The notes beneath the pieces were generated by a model. The model was not told the DNA's origin. It did not search any database and saw only the letters and a list, made by a program, of their open reading frames with translations. From Candidatus Latescibacterota bacterium (GTDB taxonomy: Bacteria > Latescibacterota > UBA2968 > UBA8231), in NCBI GenBank assembly GCA_965242865.1, contig CBDETK010000013.1, forward strand, positions 2,560,001-2,624,000: 64,000 nucleotides of DNA. The letters run 5' to 3'. Shown here piece after piece: positions 17,843 through 27,859 of the stretch (position 1 is the first letter of the stretch; each line of letters opens with the position of its first letter). A program made the position numbers and the translations under genes.

Positions 17843-20800
17843 GGTGCGCCACGCCCTCTTGCCTTTGGCCGCGGTCTGGGGAGCGGCCTGTGAACCGGGG
17901 CCGCCCGCTTGGCCCCCCAAAGCGCGGTGGCACAACAATCAGGGCGTGGTCTATATGGATCAGCACAACTACACGCGCGGTCGCGAGGAGTTTGACCGCG
18001 CCTTGGCCTTGGCCCCGGACTATGCAAAGGCGCGGGCCAATTTGGGCATTGCGTACTACGCGCTCGGCAAGTACGACAGCGCGGCCACGGCCCTGCAAAC
18101 CGCCCTCGCCACCGACCCCGAGCTCCTCCACGCCAACTACGCGCTGGGCCTGATTTACAACGCCCAAGGCCGCGACCACGCCAAGGCGCTGGCCGCCTTG
18201 CAAAAGGTCGCGGCTGCCGATCGCGACGACCCGCACGTGCGCTACTACATGGGGCAGATGCGGGCCAAGCTAAACGAGGGCGAGGCCGCCATCGCCGACT
18301 TTGAGGAGGCCATCCGCCTCGATCCCTACAATGTGTCCGCGTACTATGGACTGGCCAACCTCTACCGACGGCTCGGGCGCGACGAGGAGTGGAAAAGCAC
18401 CTTGGAGCACTTCAACCAGCTCAGCCAAGCCGGCCACCAAGGCGTTTCCTCGTCCTATCAGGGGCAGGGCAAATACGCCGAGGCCGTGGCCGACGCCAGC
18501 GGCGGCGACCCGAGTCGGGACGACGCGGCCGGCCCCTTTGCCTTTGCCGCGGCTGGCCCGGCGGCTGGCCCGGCGGCTGGCCCGGTGCGCTTTGCGGCCT
18601 TGGGCGATTTTGACGCCGATGGCCGACCGGATGTCTTGGCCGGGGCCGAGGGCTTGCGTCTGTACGCTGGCGGCACGGGGGCCGCACGTTCTGTCCCGAC
18701 CGCCCCGACCGGCGGCGGCACGGGGGCCGCGCCCTACGTTCCGACGGTACCCGATGGGTTTGGGCCGACCGGTGCGATCGCTGGCGATCTCGACAACGAC
18801 GGGACCGCCGACTTGGTCCTCAGCGGCGCGGGTGGAACCCTCCTCTATCGAGCGGTCGATGGCCAATGGGCCGCTGGCGAAGATTTGGCGGTTGCCTCGG
18901 CCCGGGTCGCGCTGGGCGATGCCGACCACGATGGGGACCTCGATCTGCTGGTGCTCGGCCCGCGCGTCGCGCTGCTGGCCAACGACGGAACGGCCCGCTT
19001 TGCCGCGACCGGCCAACCCACCGGCTCAGTCGCGGCCGACCGCGCTGCATTTTCCGACCTCGACAACGACCGCGACGTGGATATAGTCCTGCTCTCGGGG
19101 CAGGGCCTGCAAGTCCACACCAACAATCGCGACGGCACGTTCTCGGAAATAGCCGACGCTTTGGGCTTGGGCGTGGTGCCGGGCGCGGGCTTGGCCGTTG
19201 AGGACTTCAACCAAGATGGCTATATGGATTTGGCCATCGCGGCGAGCGGGGCCGTTGAGACGCATGTCAACCAAGCGGGCCGAGCCTTCGTCCGGGCCGA
19301 GGCGGCGGTTGCGTCCGGCGGGCTGGCGTTGCTCCCGGCCGACTTTGACAACGACGGCGACCTCGACCTGCTCGCCTGTGCGCCCGACCGGCTGCAACCG
19401 CTCGCGTATAGCGGCCGCCAGTTCCAGCCGCAAGCCCCGCTCGACGAGCCGGGGGGAGGCGCGCTCGTGGCCGATTTTAACGGCGACGGTCGCGTGGATA
19501 TTTGGGCCGGGGGCCGGGTGCTGCACAACCAAAGCGAGGGGGGGCGCTGGATCGAGATCGCCGCCCAAGGGCTCAACAGCAATCGCGACGGCGTGGGGGC
19601 CAAGGTGGAGGTCAAAACCACCCATCGCCTCCAAAAGCGCGAGATTCGCAGCGAAGGGTACGCCGGCGTACTCCACTTCGGCTTGGCGCAAACCGACTCG
19701 GTCGAATTCGTTCGCATCCTCTGGCCCGGGGGCGTGCGCCAGACCGAGTTGGCCACCGCGGCCGGCCAGCGACTGGACCTGACCGAGCTCGACCGCAAGG
19801 GCACCTCGTGTCCCATTCTCTACGCTTGGGATGGCGAGCGGTATCGCTTTGTCACCGACATTCTCGGGGGGGCCATTATTGGCTACTTGACCGCCCCGGG
19901 CCAGTACTACCAGCCCGACACCGACGAGTACGTGCGCGTCGGGCCGCTCGCGCCCAAAGACGGCCACTACGTCTTGCAGCTAGCCAATCAGTTGGAGGAA
20001 ATCATTTACGTCGATGCCCTCGAGTTGGTGGCGGTCGATCATCCGCCCGAGCTCGACGTATATCCCAACGAGCGCCTGCTCTCCGCGCCGCCCTATCCCG
20101 CATTCAAACTGTATCCCCTGCGGAAGCTGCGCCCGCCCGTGGCCGCCCGCGATCACCGGGGTGCGGACGTGTTGGCCGCCCTGCAAGCGATCGACGACGA
20201 GTGGTACGATGGATTTGCGCGGCTCGATATCCACGGCTACGCCGAAGACCATGCGCTAGAGCTAGACTTGGGCGACCTGTCCGAATTTGCTCATCCAGTC
20301 TTGCTCGGCTACGGGTGGGTTGATTACGCGCATTCGACCTCCAATTGGAGCGCGGCGCAACGCGGCTGGTCCCTAAAGCCGCCGCGCCTGTCGGTCGCCG
20401 ATGGCCAAGGGGGGTGGGTTGAAGTCAGCGCGGATATGGGTCGCCCGGCCGGCCTGCCCAAACACGCGCTCTTCGACTTGGCCGGCCTGTTCCCGTCCGA
20501 CGACTACCGGCTGCGGATCGAGACCAATACCGCGCTCTACTGGGACCAATTGCTGGTGGGCGACGCAGCAGACGTGCCCCTAGCGGTCCACCGCCTCCAG
20601 CCAGCGCGGAGCAACCTCCACTGGCGCGGCTACCCGGCCCACACCGCGATCAAGGGCACCTTTGCCTTTCGCTACCACTACGATCAATTGGCGTTAGAAG
20701 CGCCTTGGGGCACCCACGCCGGGGCCTTCACTCGCTTCGGCCCGGTGGAGGAGCTGGTCGGGGACCGCGACGACCGCTTTGTCATCATGTTCCACGGCGA

Positions 20801-21053
20801 CGAGCTGACCGTTGAATTTGCCGCCTTGCCGCAGCCCGCGCCCGGGCTGGTGCGCTCGTTCTTGCTGTACGCCGATGGCTTTGGCAAGGACATGGACCTG
20901 CACTCGGCGCACTCGCTCACGGTCGGGCCGCTCCCCTTTCACGGCATGTCCGGCTACCCGTACCCGGCGCACGAACACTATCCGCAGACGAGTGCCCACC
21001 TAGAGTACTTGCAGGAATACAACACGCGCTGGGTCAAAGGCTACTATGAATGA
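17823..21053 (+). CDS. TPR + FG-GAP/VCBS + ASPIC/UnbV (CRTAC1-like) lipoprotein
   Basis: Lipobox-like WGAAC, TPRs, many DxDxDGxxD repeats, NRDGVGAKVEV...LHFGL...ILWP; true start may be GTG 17844. Confidence 0.85.
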   Translation: MPRISVKVRHALLPLAAVWGAACEPGPPAWPPKARWHNNQGVVYMDQHNYTRGREEFDRALALAPDYAKARANLGIAYYALGKYDSAATALQTALATDPELLHANYALGLIYNAQGRDHAKALAALQKVAAADRDDPHVRYYMGQMRAKLNEGEAAIADFEEAIRLDPYNVSAYYGLANLYRRLGRDEEWKSTLEHFNQLSQAGHQGVSSSYQGQGKYAEAVADASGGDPSRDDAAGPFAFAAAGPAAGPAAGPVRFAALGDFDADGRPDVLAGAEGLRLYAGGTGAARSVPTAPTGGGTGAAPYVPTVPDGFGPTGAIAGDLDNDGTADLVLSGAGGTLLYRAVDGQWAAGEDLAVASARVALGDADHDGDLDLLVLGPRVALLANDGTARFAATGQPTGSVAADRAAFSDLDNDRDVDIVLLSGQGLQVHTNNRDGTFSEIADALGLGVVPGAGLAVEDFNQDGYMDLAIAASGAVETHVNQAGRAFVRAEAAVASGGLALLPADFDNDGDLDLLACAPDRLQPLAYSGRQFQPQAPLDEPGGGALVADFNGDGRVDIWAGGRVLHNQSEGGRWIEIAAQGLNSNRDGVGAKVEVKTTHRLQKREIRSEGYAGVLHFGLAQTDSVEFVRILWPGGVRQTELATAAGQRLDLTELDRKGTSCPILYAWDGERYRFVTDILGGAIIGYLTAPGQYYQPDTDEYVRVGPLAPKDGHYVLQLANQLEEIIYVDALELVAVDHPPELDVYPNERLLSAPPYPAFKLYPLRKLRPPVAARDHRGADVLAALQAIDDEWYDGFARLDIHGYAEDHALELDLGDLSEFAHPVLLGYGWVDYAHSTSNWSAAQRGWSLKPPRLSVADGQGGWVEVSADMGRPAGLPKHALFDLAGLFPSDDYRLRIETNTALYWDQLLVGDAADVPLAVHRLQPARSNLHWRGYPAHTAIKGTFAFRYHYDQLALEAPWGTHAGAFTRFGPVEELVGDRDDRFVIMFHGDELTVEFAALPQPAPGLVRSFLLYADGFGKDMDLHSAHSLTVGPLPFHGMSGYPYPAHEHYPQTSAHLEYLQEYNTRWVKGYYE
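18669..18737. repeat. Two REP-like GGCGGCACGGGGGCCGC units inside the CDS
   Basis: Units at 18669-18685 and 18714-18737 (second ends GCCCTAC); resemble the REPs at 53222-53282. Confidence 0.55.
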
Positions 21054-23196
21054 GGCGGTAGAAGGGGCCAAACGCACGCTTCAGCACCCCGTGCTCAAGC
21101 GGTTGCTGCTCTACACGGCTGGCTTCTTGGCCTTGTACGCGGCTGTTGGCGTGGGCGGCTATTTGCTCTTCAACGACAATTTGCCGGACATCGACGCTTG
21201 GAGCTTCCGGCCCAAGCGGGTCACCAACGTGTATTCGGCCGACGGACGCCACTTGCAGGACTTCCTCGAGGAAAACCGCGAAATCGTCGCGTACGAGGAA
21301 ATCCCCGCATCCATGCAGGCCGCTCTCCTCGCGATTGAAGACCGGCGTTTCTTCGCGCACTGGGGCATTGATATTTACCGCATCCCCGGGTCCCTGCTGG
21401 CCAACCTCAGGGATCGACGCCTCGTCGGTCAGGGGGCCAGTACGCTCACCCAGCAACTCGCCCGCAATATCTTCGCCGAAGTGGGTACGCAGCGCAGCAG
21501 TGCCTCCTTTGCGGACGTGGTGGCCACGTACGCGCGCAAAATTCGCGAACAGATCACCGCGGTCTTAATTGAACGCCTGTACACCAAGCCCGAGATAATG
21601 ACCATGTACCTCAACACGGTCTATTTCGGCCACGGGGCCTACGGGGTTAAGTCGGCCGCGCGCCTGTACTTTGACAGCGAAGTCGATCAGCTCGCGCTCG
21701 AAGAGAATGCCTTGCTCGTCGGGCTACTGCAAAGGCCCAATGCGTACACTCCCCTGCGCCACCCGGACCGCGCCCGTACGCGCCGCAACGTGGTGCTGTA
21801 TAGCATGGCCGACAACGGCGCGATTACTCCAGCCGAGCGCGATTCCCTATGCGACGAACCCATCGCCGCCCGCAAACGCCGCCGCGAGGAGACCTACGGC
21901 TTGGCCCCGTATTTTGTCGAGTACGTCCGCCAGCAGATGCAGCGTGCGTTTGGCATGGCGATCTACCGCGAGGGCTTTGTGGTCCACACGACCCTCGACT
22001 CGCGCTTGCAGCAGATCGCCGAAAAGCACTTTGCCGTTGAAATAAGCAAGGTGCAGAAAAAGGTGGATGAGCACCTAGCGGACGTGGGCGCGGCCCCTAG
22101 TCGGCGCGACTCGGCCGTAGTTCAAGCCGCCTTTGTGGCCATGGACCCGACCACCGGCCACATCTTGGCCATGATCGGCGGCCGCGACTTCAGCCGCAGC
22201 AAATTCAACCGCGCCACCCAAGCCAAGCGGCAGCCCGGGTCGGCGTTCAAGCCCTTTGTGTACACGGCCGCCATCGACAACAATCGCTTTGCGGTGGATG
22301 TACTCGACGACAACGCCTTTACGCTGTGGGACCACAGACGCGAACAGTTTTGGGACCCCGAGAACTACGACAAAAAGTTCAAGGGGCCGATGACGCTGCG
22401 CGAAGGGTTGAAACTGTCGCGCAACCTCATCTCGATTAAGTTGGCCGACGAACTCGGCCCGCCCCTGATTCGGAGCTATGCCCGCAACATGGGTATCTCC
22501 ACGCCGATCCAAGCCATTCCCTCCATCGGCGTCGGCACCAGCGAGGTGCTGCTGCTCGACTTAGTGGCGGCGTACGCGGTCTTCCCCAACAAGGGCATTT
22601 ACGTGGAGCCTATGGCCATCAGCCGCTTGGAGAGCAAGGACGGGGCCGTCTTTTTTGCGCGGGAAAGCGGCCCCAAGCAGGAGGTGCTGCGGCCGGCCGT
22701 GGCCGTGGTGGTCGCGGATATGCTGCGCTCGGTTGTCGATGAAGTGGGCGGCACTGGACGCCGCATCCGTACGCGCTACGGCTTTCGGCCCCAAGCGGCG
22801 GGCAAAACCGGCACGACCAACGACTACACGGATGCGTGGTTCATCGGCTTTACGCCTCAGCTCGTCGCCGGGGTTTGGGTCGGGATGGACGACCCCGGCC
22901 TGCGGCTCTGGCCTAAGCAGGCTGGCTCTTCGGCGGCCTTGCCGTTGTGGGCGGAGTTTATGAAGGAGGTGTACGCGACCGTGGAACCCTACCGCAGCCT
23001 GACCAACCGCGGGTTTGAGTATCCAGAGGACCTCGTCGTGCATCGCGCGGTCTGCAACGACACCCACAAGATCGCCACCCGCTTCTGTCCCGATCAGCGA
23101 GAGGAGCTCTTTATCGCGGGCGAGGTCTTGCCGAGCGCGTGCCCCCTGCACGGACGCCCCCCAGAGCAAGCCCCCGAGCACATCCAGCGGTTTTGA
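21046..23196 (+). CDS. Class A penicillin-binding protein (PBP1A family)
   Basis: EDRRF, GASTLTQQL, RQPGSAFKPF (SxxK), SRN and KTGTT motifs. Confidence 0.93.
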   Translation: MNEAVEGAKRTLQHPVLKRLLLYTAGFLALYAAVGVGGYLLFNDNLPDIDAWSFRPKRVTNVYSADGRHLQDFLEENREIVAYEEIPASMQAALLAIEDRRFFAHWGIDIYRIPGSLLANLRDRRLVGQGASTLTQQLARNIFAEVGTQRSSASFADVVATYARKIREQITAVLIERLYTKPEIMTMYLNTVYFGHGAYGVKSAARLYFDSEVDQLALEENALLVGLLQRPNAYTPLRHPDRARTRRNVVLYSMADNGAITPAERDSLCDEPIAARKRRREETYGLAPYFVEYVRQQMQRAFGMAIYREGFVVHTTLDSRLQQIAEKHFAVEISKVQKKVDEHLADVGAAPSRRDSAVVQAAFVAMDPTTGHILAMIGGRDFSRSKFNRATQAKRQPGSAFKPFVYTAAIDNNRFAVDVLDDNAFTLWDHRREQFWDPENYDKKFKGPMTLREGLKLSRNLISIKLADELGPPLIRSYARNMGISTPIQAIPSIGVGTSEVLLLDLVAAYAVFPNKGIYVEPMAISRLESKDGAVFFARESGPKQEVLRPAVAVVVADMLRSVVDEVGGTGRRIRTRYGFRPQAAGKTGTTNDYTDAWFIGFTPQLVAGVWVGMDDPGLRLWPKQAGSSAALPLWAEFMKEVYATVEPYRSLTNRGFEYPEDLVVHRAVCNDTHKIATRFCPDQREELFIAGEVLPSACPLHGRPPEQAPEHIQRF

Positions 23197-23199
23197 AGA

Positions 23200-24912
23200 T
23201 CACAAAACGAAGAAGATGTAGAACAGCCCGCCGAGAATGCCGGCCGACAGGCCGCGCACAATGGTCTTGTTTTCTGGTTTGAGGACCGTTTGCTCGACCA
23301 TGTCGCCCCCCCCCAAGACCTCGTGCAACCCCTTGGGCACTCGGTCCGAGCGATAGGCTTGGACGCGGCGGTCCCAGCGCACGATGCGGTCGGCGGTGGT
23401 TTCTAGTCTGAGAAAGAGATCGCCATACGCCTCGCGCCGCTGCTCCCCGCTCCAAGGGAGTAGCCGGCGAGACGCTGGCGAGTACACCACCCGTGCCCGG
23501 ACTAGCCGGTAGTACACTACGTCGGCTGGTGCGTCTTCTCGCTGGCGCACCAGCACCTGATAGCCCCGCCCCTGCAACGTCTCGATCAGGGCGTCCTCAA
23601 CGACCCAGTTGGCCTCGTTTTTGTGGTCTTCGGCCTGTAGGAAAAGCCGCGTACTGGGGGACAGGGGCAGGGCATCTAGCTGGTGGTCTAAGGCGTGGAC
23701 AAAGGCGCGGTTGATCAACTGCAAGTCCGTGGGCGTTTGCTGGGCATCGCCTGGGGCGTGGGCCGCTTCCTTCCACACCACGCGGATCGTGTTCGCGCCG
23801 CGCAGGGGAATGAACTCCTCCCGCCCCAAGGGCTTACAGGCACTCTGCCAAGTAAAAGGCCCCGGGCGCTGGGGCACGGCTTCGAGGGTCACCCTAAGTG
23901 CCTCGCCCGCGCCCAAGCTATCCAAGCCGCTCACCAGCAGGGTCGGGGCGGCTTTCTCGTCGCTTGGTACGAGCGTCGCGCCCGGCGGCCCTTCCACTAA
24001 GGAGACATCCGAGAACGCCGGCGCGATTTGCAGGCGCACCGCCGCGAGGCCGATGGGGTCGGCACTCTCGTTGCGCCAGACGCAGGTGACCGGCCCGCGC
24101 TTGCCCACCTCCATAAACCCGCGCTCCAACGCCATCACGGGCAGCGGATCCACCTGTACGTGCTGGGTCGCCAAGTCTATCAGGCTTTGGCCGGAGACCC
24201 GGGCGGTGACCGCGACGGGCAGGGGGCCGAGGTGGGCCGAAGCTACGTGCGCCGACCAAGCAAGCGTGTCGGCCTGCCCGGGGGCCAAGCGGCCCTCCCA
24301 GCGCAGCGGAGCGTCGCCCTCCGGCCAACTCAGCGCCGGCGGCCAGTGCCAGTTCAACTCTTCTAAGGGCGGCCCATCGTCGAGGCGCACAATCGCCCGC
24401 AAGTCAAAGCGCTCGCCCTGATAGACGCGCTGGGGCGCAAGGGACCACGAAATCGCGGGCGGGGGGCGCACCGCTAGGTCGAATTCGATTTGGTGGGCCG
24501 GAGCGCCCTGGGGGTCGAGCGAGGAGTAGAGGGCCGCGGACCAGTTGATTTTCCCTACCTCGGCCGCGGCTAGGTCGAGGTAGAGCGTGTCGATGGGTGC
24601 TCCGGCCAAAGGCCGCGCCGCGTAGTCTAGGCGGACGGACGCGCCCGCGAGCTGGGCTTGGCCGAGGGCTGAGCGGGCGTTGTGCAACCGCGCCTTCCCG
24701 CGGCACTCAAGCTCCGTGCGCACGATGGCCTCGCCATCGCCGGGAAAGTAGTGCAAATAGAAAATGGCCTGCTGATCTAAGGCCGGCCCGGCAATCGCCG
24801 GTTGGTCTAGGTGCATACTGAGCGTCGAGCGGGCACTCGCCGGCGCCGCTGCTGCCCACAGCGCGACGACCACCCCTAGCCCGCGCCAACAGGCGGTCTT
24901 TCGGGTTGCCAT
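23200..24912 (-). CDS. Hypothetical exported protein with beta-rich repeats and C-terminal membrane anchor
   Basis: 570-aa ORF with signal peptide (ASA-R) and hydrophobic C-terminus. Confidence 0.6.
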   Translation of the reverse strand: MATRKTACWRGLGVVVALWAAAAPASARSTLSMHLDQPAIAGPALDQQAIFYLHYFPGDGEAIVRTELECRGKARLHNARSALGQAQLAGASVRLDYAARPLAGAPIDTLYLDLAAAEVGKINWSAALYSSLDPQGAPAHQIEFDLAVRPPPAISWSLAPQRVYQGERFDLRAIVRLDDGPPLEELNWHWPPALSWPEGDAPLRWEGRLAPGQADTLAWSAHVASAHLGPLPVAVTARVSGQSLIDLATQHVQVDPLPVMALERGFMEVGKRGPVTCVWRNESADPIGLAAVRLQIAPAFSDVSLVEGPPGATLVPSDEKAAPTLLVSGLDSLGAGEALRVTLEAVPQRPGPFTWQSACKPLGREEFIPLRGANTIRVVWKEAAHAPGDAQQTPTDLQLINRAFVHALDHQLDALPLSPSTRLFLQAEDHKNEANWVVEDALIETLQGRGYQVLVRQREDAPADVVYYRLVRARVVYSPASRRLLPWSGEQRREAYGDLFLRLETTADRIVRWDRRVQAYRSDRVPKGLHEVLGGGDMVEQTVLKPENKTIVRGLSAGILGGLFYIFFVL

Positions 24913-25134
24913 TCGGTTCGCCCTTCGTCTCGAATTGGCCCTTAGCGAAAAGAGCCTAACTTGATTTTTAACTGTAACTTACGTCTAGTCCAAGCCTAAT
25001 GTACGCCGCGGGTGCTGTCAAGGCAGAAGCCCCGGTCCGCCTCCTTGGCAAGGCTTGACTGAACCCACGCGCTCCGCTAGGTTGTAACCGAGCTTAACCA
25101 GCCCCCTTTGGAACTCAAAGCCGCGCCCTTCTTC

Positions 25135-25770
25135 ATGCTAGACTGGCTATTTCCCGCGCTCGGCGCGCTCGCCCTTGGTGCGCTGTGCGCCCCTATGACC
25201 TTGGCCTTGCGCTGTCAGCGCGAGGGCTTTCCCGCGGCTTGGGAATGGGGCGTGCGGCTGTCCTTTTTTTGGGGAGGGGTAGGGCTTGGGCTGCGCGGGG
25301 GTGCCCAGGGCCTGTGCATCGCGCCGGTGCTCTTGGGCCAATTCCTCCCGTACCCTCGCCTGCCGCTGCGGACCGAGGTGAAGCACCGGCGGAAAGCCGC
25401 GCCCGAGGCCGCGCCCAACGTCAGCGAGCGGCCCCGCCGCCCGGTCGGATGCCTGCTGATCAAGCCCGGCCTTAGGTTGCTGGCGAGTTTGCCGCGCACC
25501 ATCGGGCTCAAACGGCTGCGGGTCGAGGGCCGCTTGGGCTTTGCCGACCCAGCCCAAACCGGGCGCGTCTATGGCTATTTGCAGGCGGTGGCCGCCCGCA
25601 AGGGCAAGGTATCCATAAACGTCAGCCCGGATTTCGTGCGCCCGGGGGCCTTTGGCCGCGTGGACTTGGTCGCTCATCTGCATTTGGGCTTGTTCATAGT
25701 GCTCTTGGGGCGCTTTGGCTCGCAGGTGGCCTACCGCTTGTTCGTGGCGCGCGTTCGCACCGACAACTAA
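25135..25770 (+). CDS. DUF2953 (YtfI-like) protein
   Basis: LGFADPAQTGRVYG and VSPDF motifs; upstream of a YtfJ-family gene. Confidence 0.6.
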   Translation: MLDWLFPALGALALGALCAPMTLALRCQREGFPAAWEWGVRLSFFWGGVGLGLRGGAQGLCIAPVLLGQFLPYPRLPLRTEVKHRRKAAPEAAPNVSERPRRPVGCLLIKPGLRLLASLPRTIGLKRLRVEGRLGFADPAQTGRVYGYLQAVAARKGKVSINVSPDFVRPGAFGRVDLVAHLHLGLFIVLLGRFGSQVAYRLFVARVRTDN

Positions 25771-25793
25771 GCCCAATCTCCGAGGAGCTTTTC

Positions 25794-26168
25794 ATGGCAT
25801 CGTCTGTAGAATCCCTAGTGGAGCGCGTCCTAGGCGAGTTGCACCGCATCGTCCAAACCGAAACCGTCATTGGGCAGCCGTTTCAGTCCGGCGACTTGAC
25901 CATCATTCCGGTATCGAAAATATCGTTTGGCTTTGGGGCCGGCGGTGGGCTGGAGGGCAAGGGGCAGAGCGGGACCGGCGGCGGCGCGAACATCGAACCC
26001 ATTGCCTTTCTCATCGTCGATGCCAAGGGCCGGGTGCAGGTGGCGGCTATCGGCGATCAAGAGGCCGGTTGGGGCCAGATCATCGGGCTGGTGCCCGAAG
26101 CCATCGGCAAGATCAAGCAGTTCATCCGCAAGAACAAAGACAAAGACGCCAAGGCCGACGGCGACTGA
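25794..26168 (+). CDS. YtfJ/GerW family protein
   Basis: TETVIGQP...TIIPVSKISFGFGAGGG...GTGGGANIEPIAFL; GAGGAG RBS. Confidence 0.88.
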   Translation: MASSVESLVERVLGELHRIVQTETVIGQPFQSGDLTIIPVSKISFGFGAGGGLEGKGQSGTGGGANIEPIAFLIVDAKGRVQVAAIGDQEAGWGQIIGLVPEAIGKIKQFIRKNKDKDAKADGD

Positions 26169-26178
26169 GTCCCTTAGC

Positions 26179-26700
26179 TCAGTGGTGGTCTTGGCTGGTG
26201 GGGAACACCTTGAAGCGCCCGTCTAGCAACAGGTGGGTGTACCAACCGACGACGCCGGCCACAAAGAAAATCACGTGCCCTTCCAGCAGAATGTACACGT
26301 TGTCCCAAGTAAATTCCCCTAAAAAAGCCTGCCGCGCCCGCCAGTATTCGTAGCTGGTGCCCAGCAATACCACCGTGAGGAACGGGCTGATCTTTGAGTG
26401 CGTCCAGCCGCGGTGGTGATCCAAAAGCGGTAGGATGCACAAGATGCCTACCAGCGTCGCCAACTCGTAGTGCTCGGCCCAGCCCAGATAGAGCAAGACG
26501 CCCAAGACGCAGCGGAAGAACCACCGCTGGGCCACCGAAGCGGTGTCCAAGTCGGGAAACAGGGAGAAAAACAGCGCGGTGCCGGCGACAGCGGCTTGGG
26601 TCGCCAGATCGCCGGGCGCGACCGAGCCGGAGTAAACCGCGCCCGCTGCAACGCCGCTGCCGGCGACGACCCCGCCCACGACATGTCCTTTGAAGTTCAC
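26179..26700 (-). CDS. Membrane-bound metal-dependent hydrolase (YdjM-like)
   Basis: GH...PDLD...HRGWTHS...HLLLD motifs. Confidence 0.8.
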   Translation of the reverse strand: MNFKGHVVGGVVAGSGVAAGAVYSGSVAPGDLATQAAVAGTALFFSLFPDLDTASVAQRWFFRCVLGVLLYLGWAEHYELATLVGILCILPLLDHHRGWTHSKISPFLTVVLLGTSYEYWRARQAFLGEFTWDNVYILLEGHVIFFVAGVVGWYTHLLLDGRFKVFPTSQDHH

Positions 26701-27746
26701 GATTTTTGCTGGTGGTAAAGCTGGCCGCAGGCCGCGTCAATGTCTCGCCCGCGGCTGTGGCGCACGGTAAACTCAACGCCGCAGCCTTTGAGCACTTGGT
26801 AAAACTGGGCTAGCCGCCGCTGGGCTGGCCGGCGAAAGCGGGGGTCTGTGGCCGTTTCGTTGTAGGGGATGAGGTTGATCTTGCACGGAATGTCGCGGGT
26901 CAGCGCGGCTAGCCGCCGGGCGTCCGCGTCCGCATCGGTCAACCCGGCCATGAGCACGTATTCAAAGGTGACGCCATAGCCGCGCCGGGCGAAAAATTCG
27001 CGCGCCACCGCCAAGAGGTCGGCGATCTTGTGCTTGCGGTTGATCGGCATGAGCTGTTCGCGCAGCTCGTCGGTCGTGGCGTTGAGCGAAATGGCCAACC
27101 CCACGTTGAGATCTTCGGCCATGAGCCGGCGAATGCCCGGGATGTACCCCGCAGTAGATACCGTGATTTTCCGCCCCCCCAGCCCAATGCCCCCTTTTAG
27201 GCGCATCAGTTTTAGGGCGCGGACGACGGCTGAGTAATTGAGCAGAGGCTCGCCCATCCCCATCATCACCACATTGGTCACCTTCTCGTCCCGCCCTTGG
27301 GCGAAGTGGTTTACCTGCAAGAGCTGATCGACGATCTGCCCGGCTTCGAGGTTGGCGATCAGGCCCATGCGCCCGGTGGCGCAGAACTGGCAGTCGAGCG
27401 GGCAGCCTACTTGCGACGACAGGCACGCCGTGCGCCGCGTGCCATCGACGATCAGGACGGATTCGATGCGCTGCCCGGTGGGCAGCTCAAAGAGGAATTT
27501 GACGGCCTCGCCCGCAGCCGACTCTCGACGCTGGACGAGGCGTAGGCGCGTAATGCGCGTCCGCGTGGCGAGCTTTTCCCGCAATGCTTTGGAGAGATTG
27601 GTCATCTCCCGGACATCGTGGACGCCCTTGGCATAGAGCCAATTGAGGAGCTGCCCGGTGCGGTACGCCGGTTCGCCGAGCTCGCCGACGAGTTGGTCAA
27701 TCTCGTTGGGCAGCATGGCTTTGAGGTCGTAGAGCTGACTAACCAC
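26697..27746 (-). CDS. rlmN: 23S rRNA/tRNA m2A methyltransferase RlmN
   Basis: CLSSQVGCPLDCQFCATG, MGMGEP and DIDAACGQL motifs. Confidence 0.96.
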   Translation of the reverse strand: MVSQLYDLKAMLPNEIDQLVGELGEPAYRTGQLLNWLYAKGVHDVREMTNLSKALREKLATRTRITRLRLVQRRESAAGEAVKFLFELPTGQRIESVLIVDGTRRTACLSSQVGCPLDCQFCATGRMGLIANLEAGQIVDQLLQVNHFAQGRDEKVTNVVMMGMGEPLLNYSAVVRALKLMRLKGGIGLGGRKITVSTAGYIPGIRRLMAEDLNVGLAISLNATTDELREQLMPINRKHKIADLLAVAREFFARRGYGVTFEYVLMAGLTDADADARRLAALTRDIPCKINLIPYNETATDPRFRRPAQRRLAQFYQVLKGCGVEFTVRHSRGRDIDAACGQLYHQQKS

Positions 27747-27859
27747 CTTAAAAGTCCTTGACGAGTAAACGGGTTGGTATATATGTTAAGTGTCTGCTGA
27801 TATTGGTCAACGGGCTCCCAACCGTTGCTCGCTCCCTTGTTTTCCCAGACATTTTGAAT

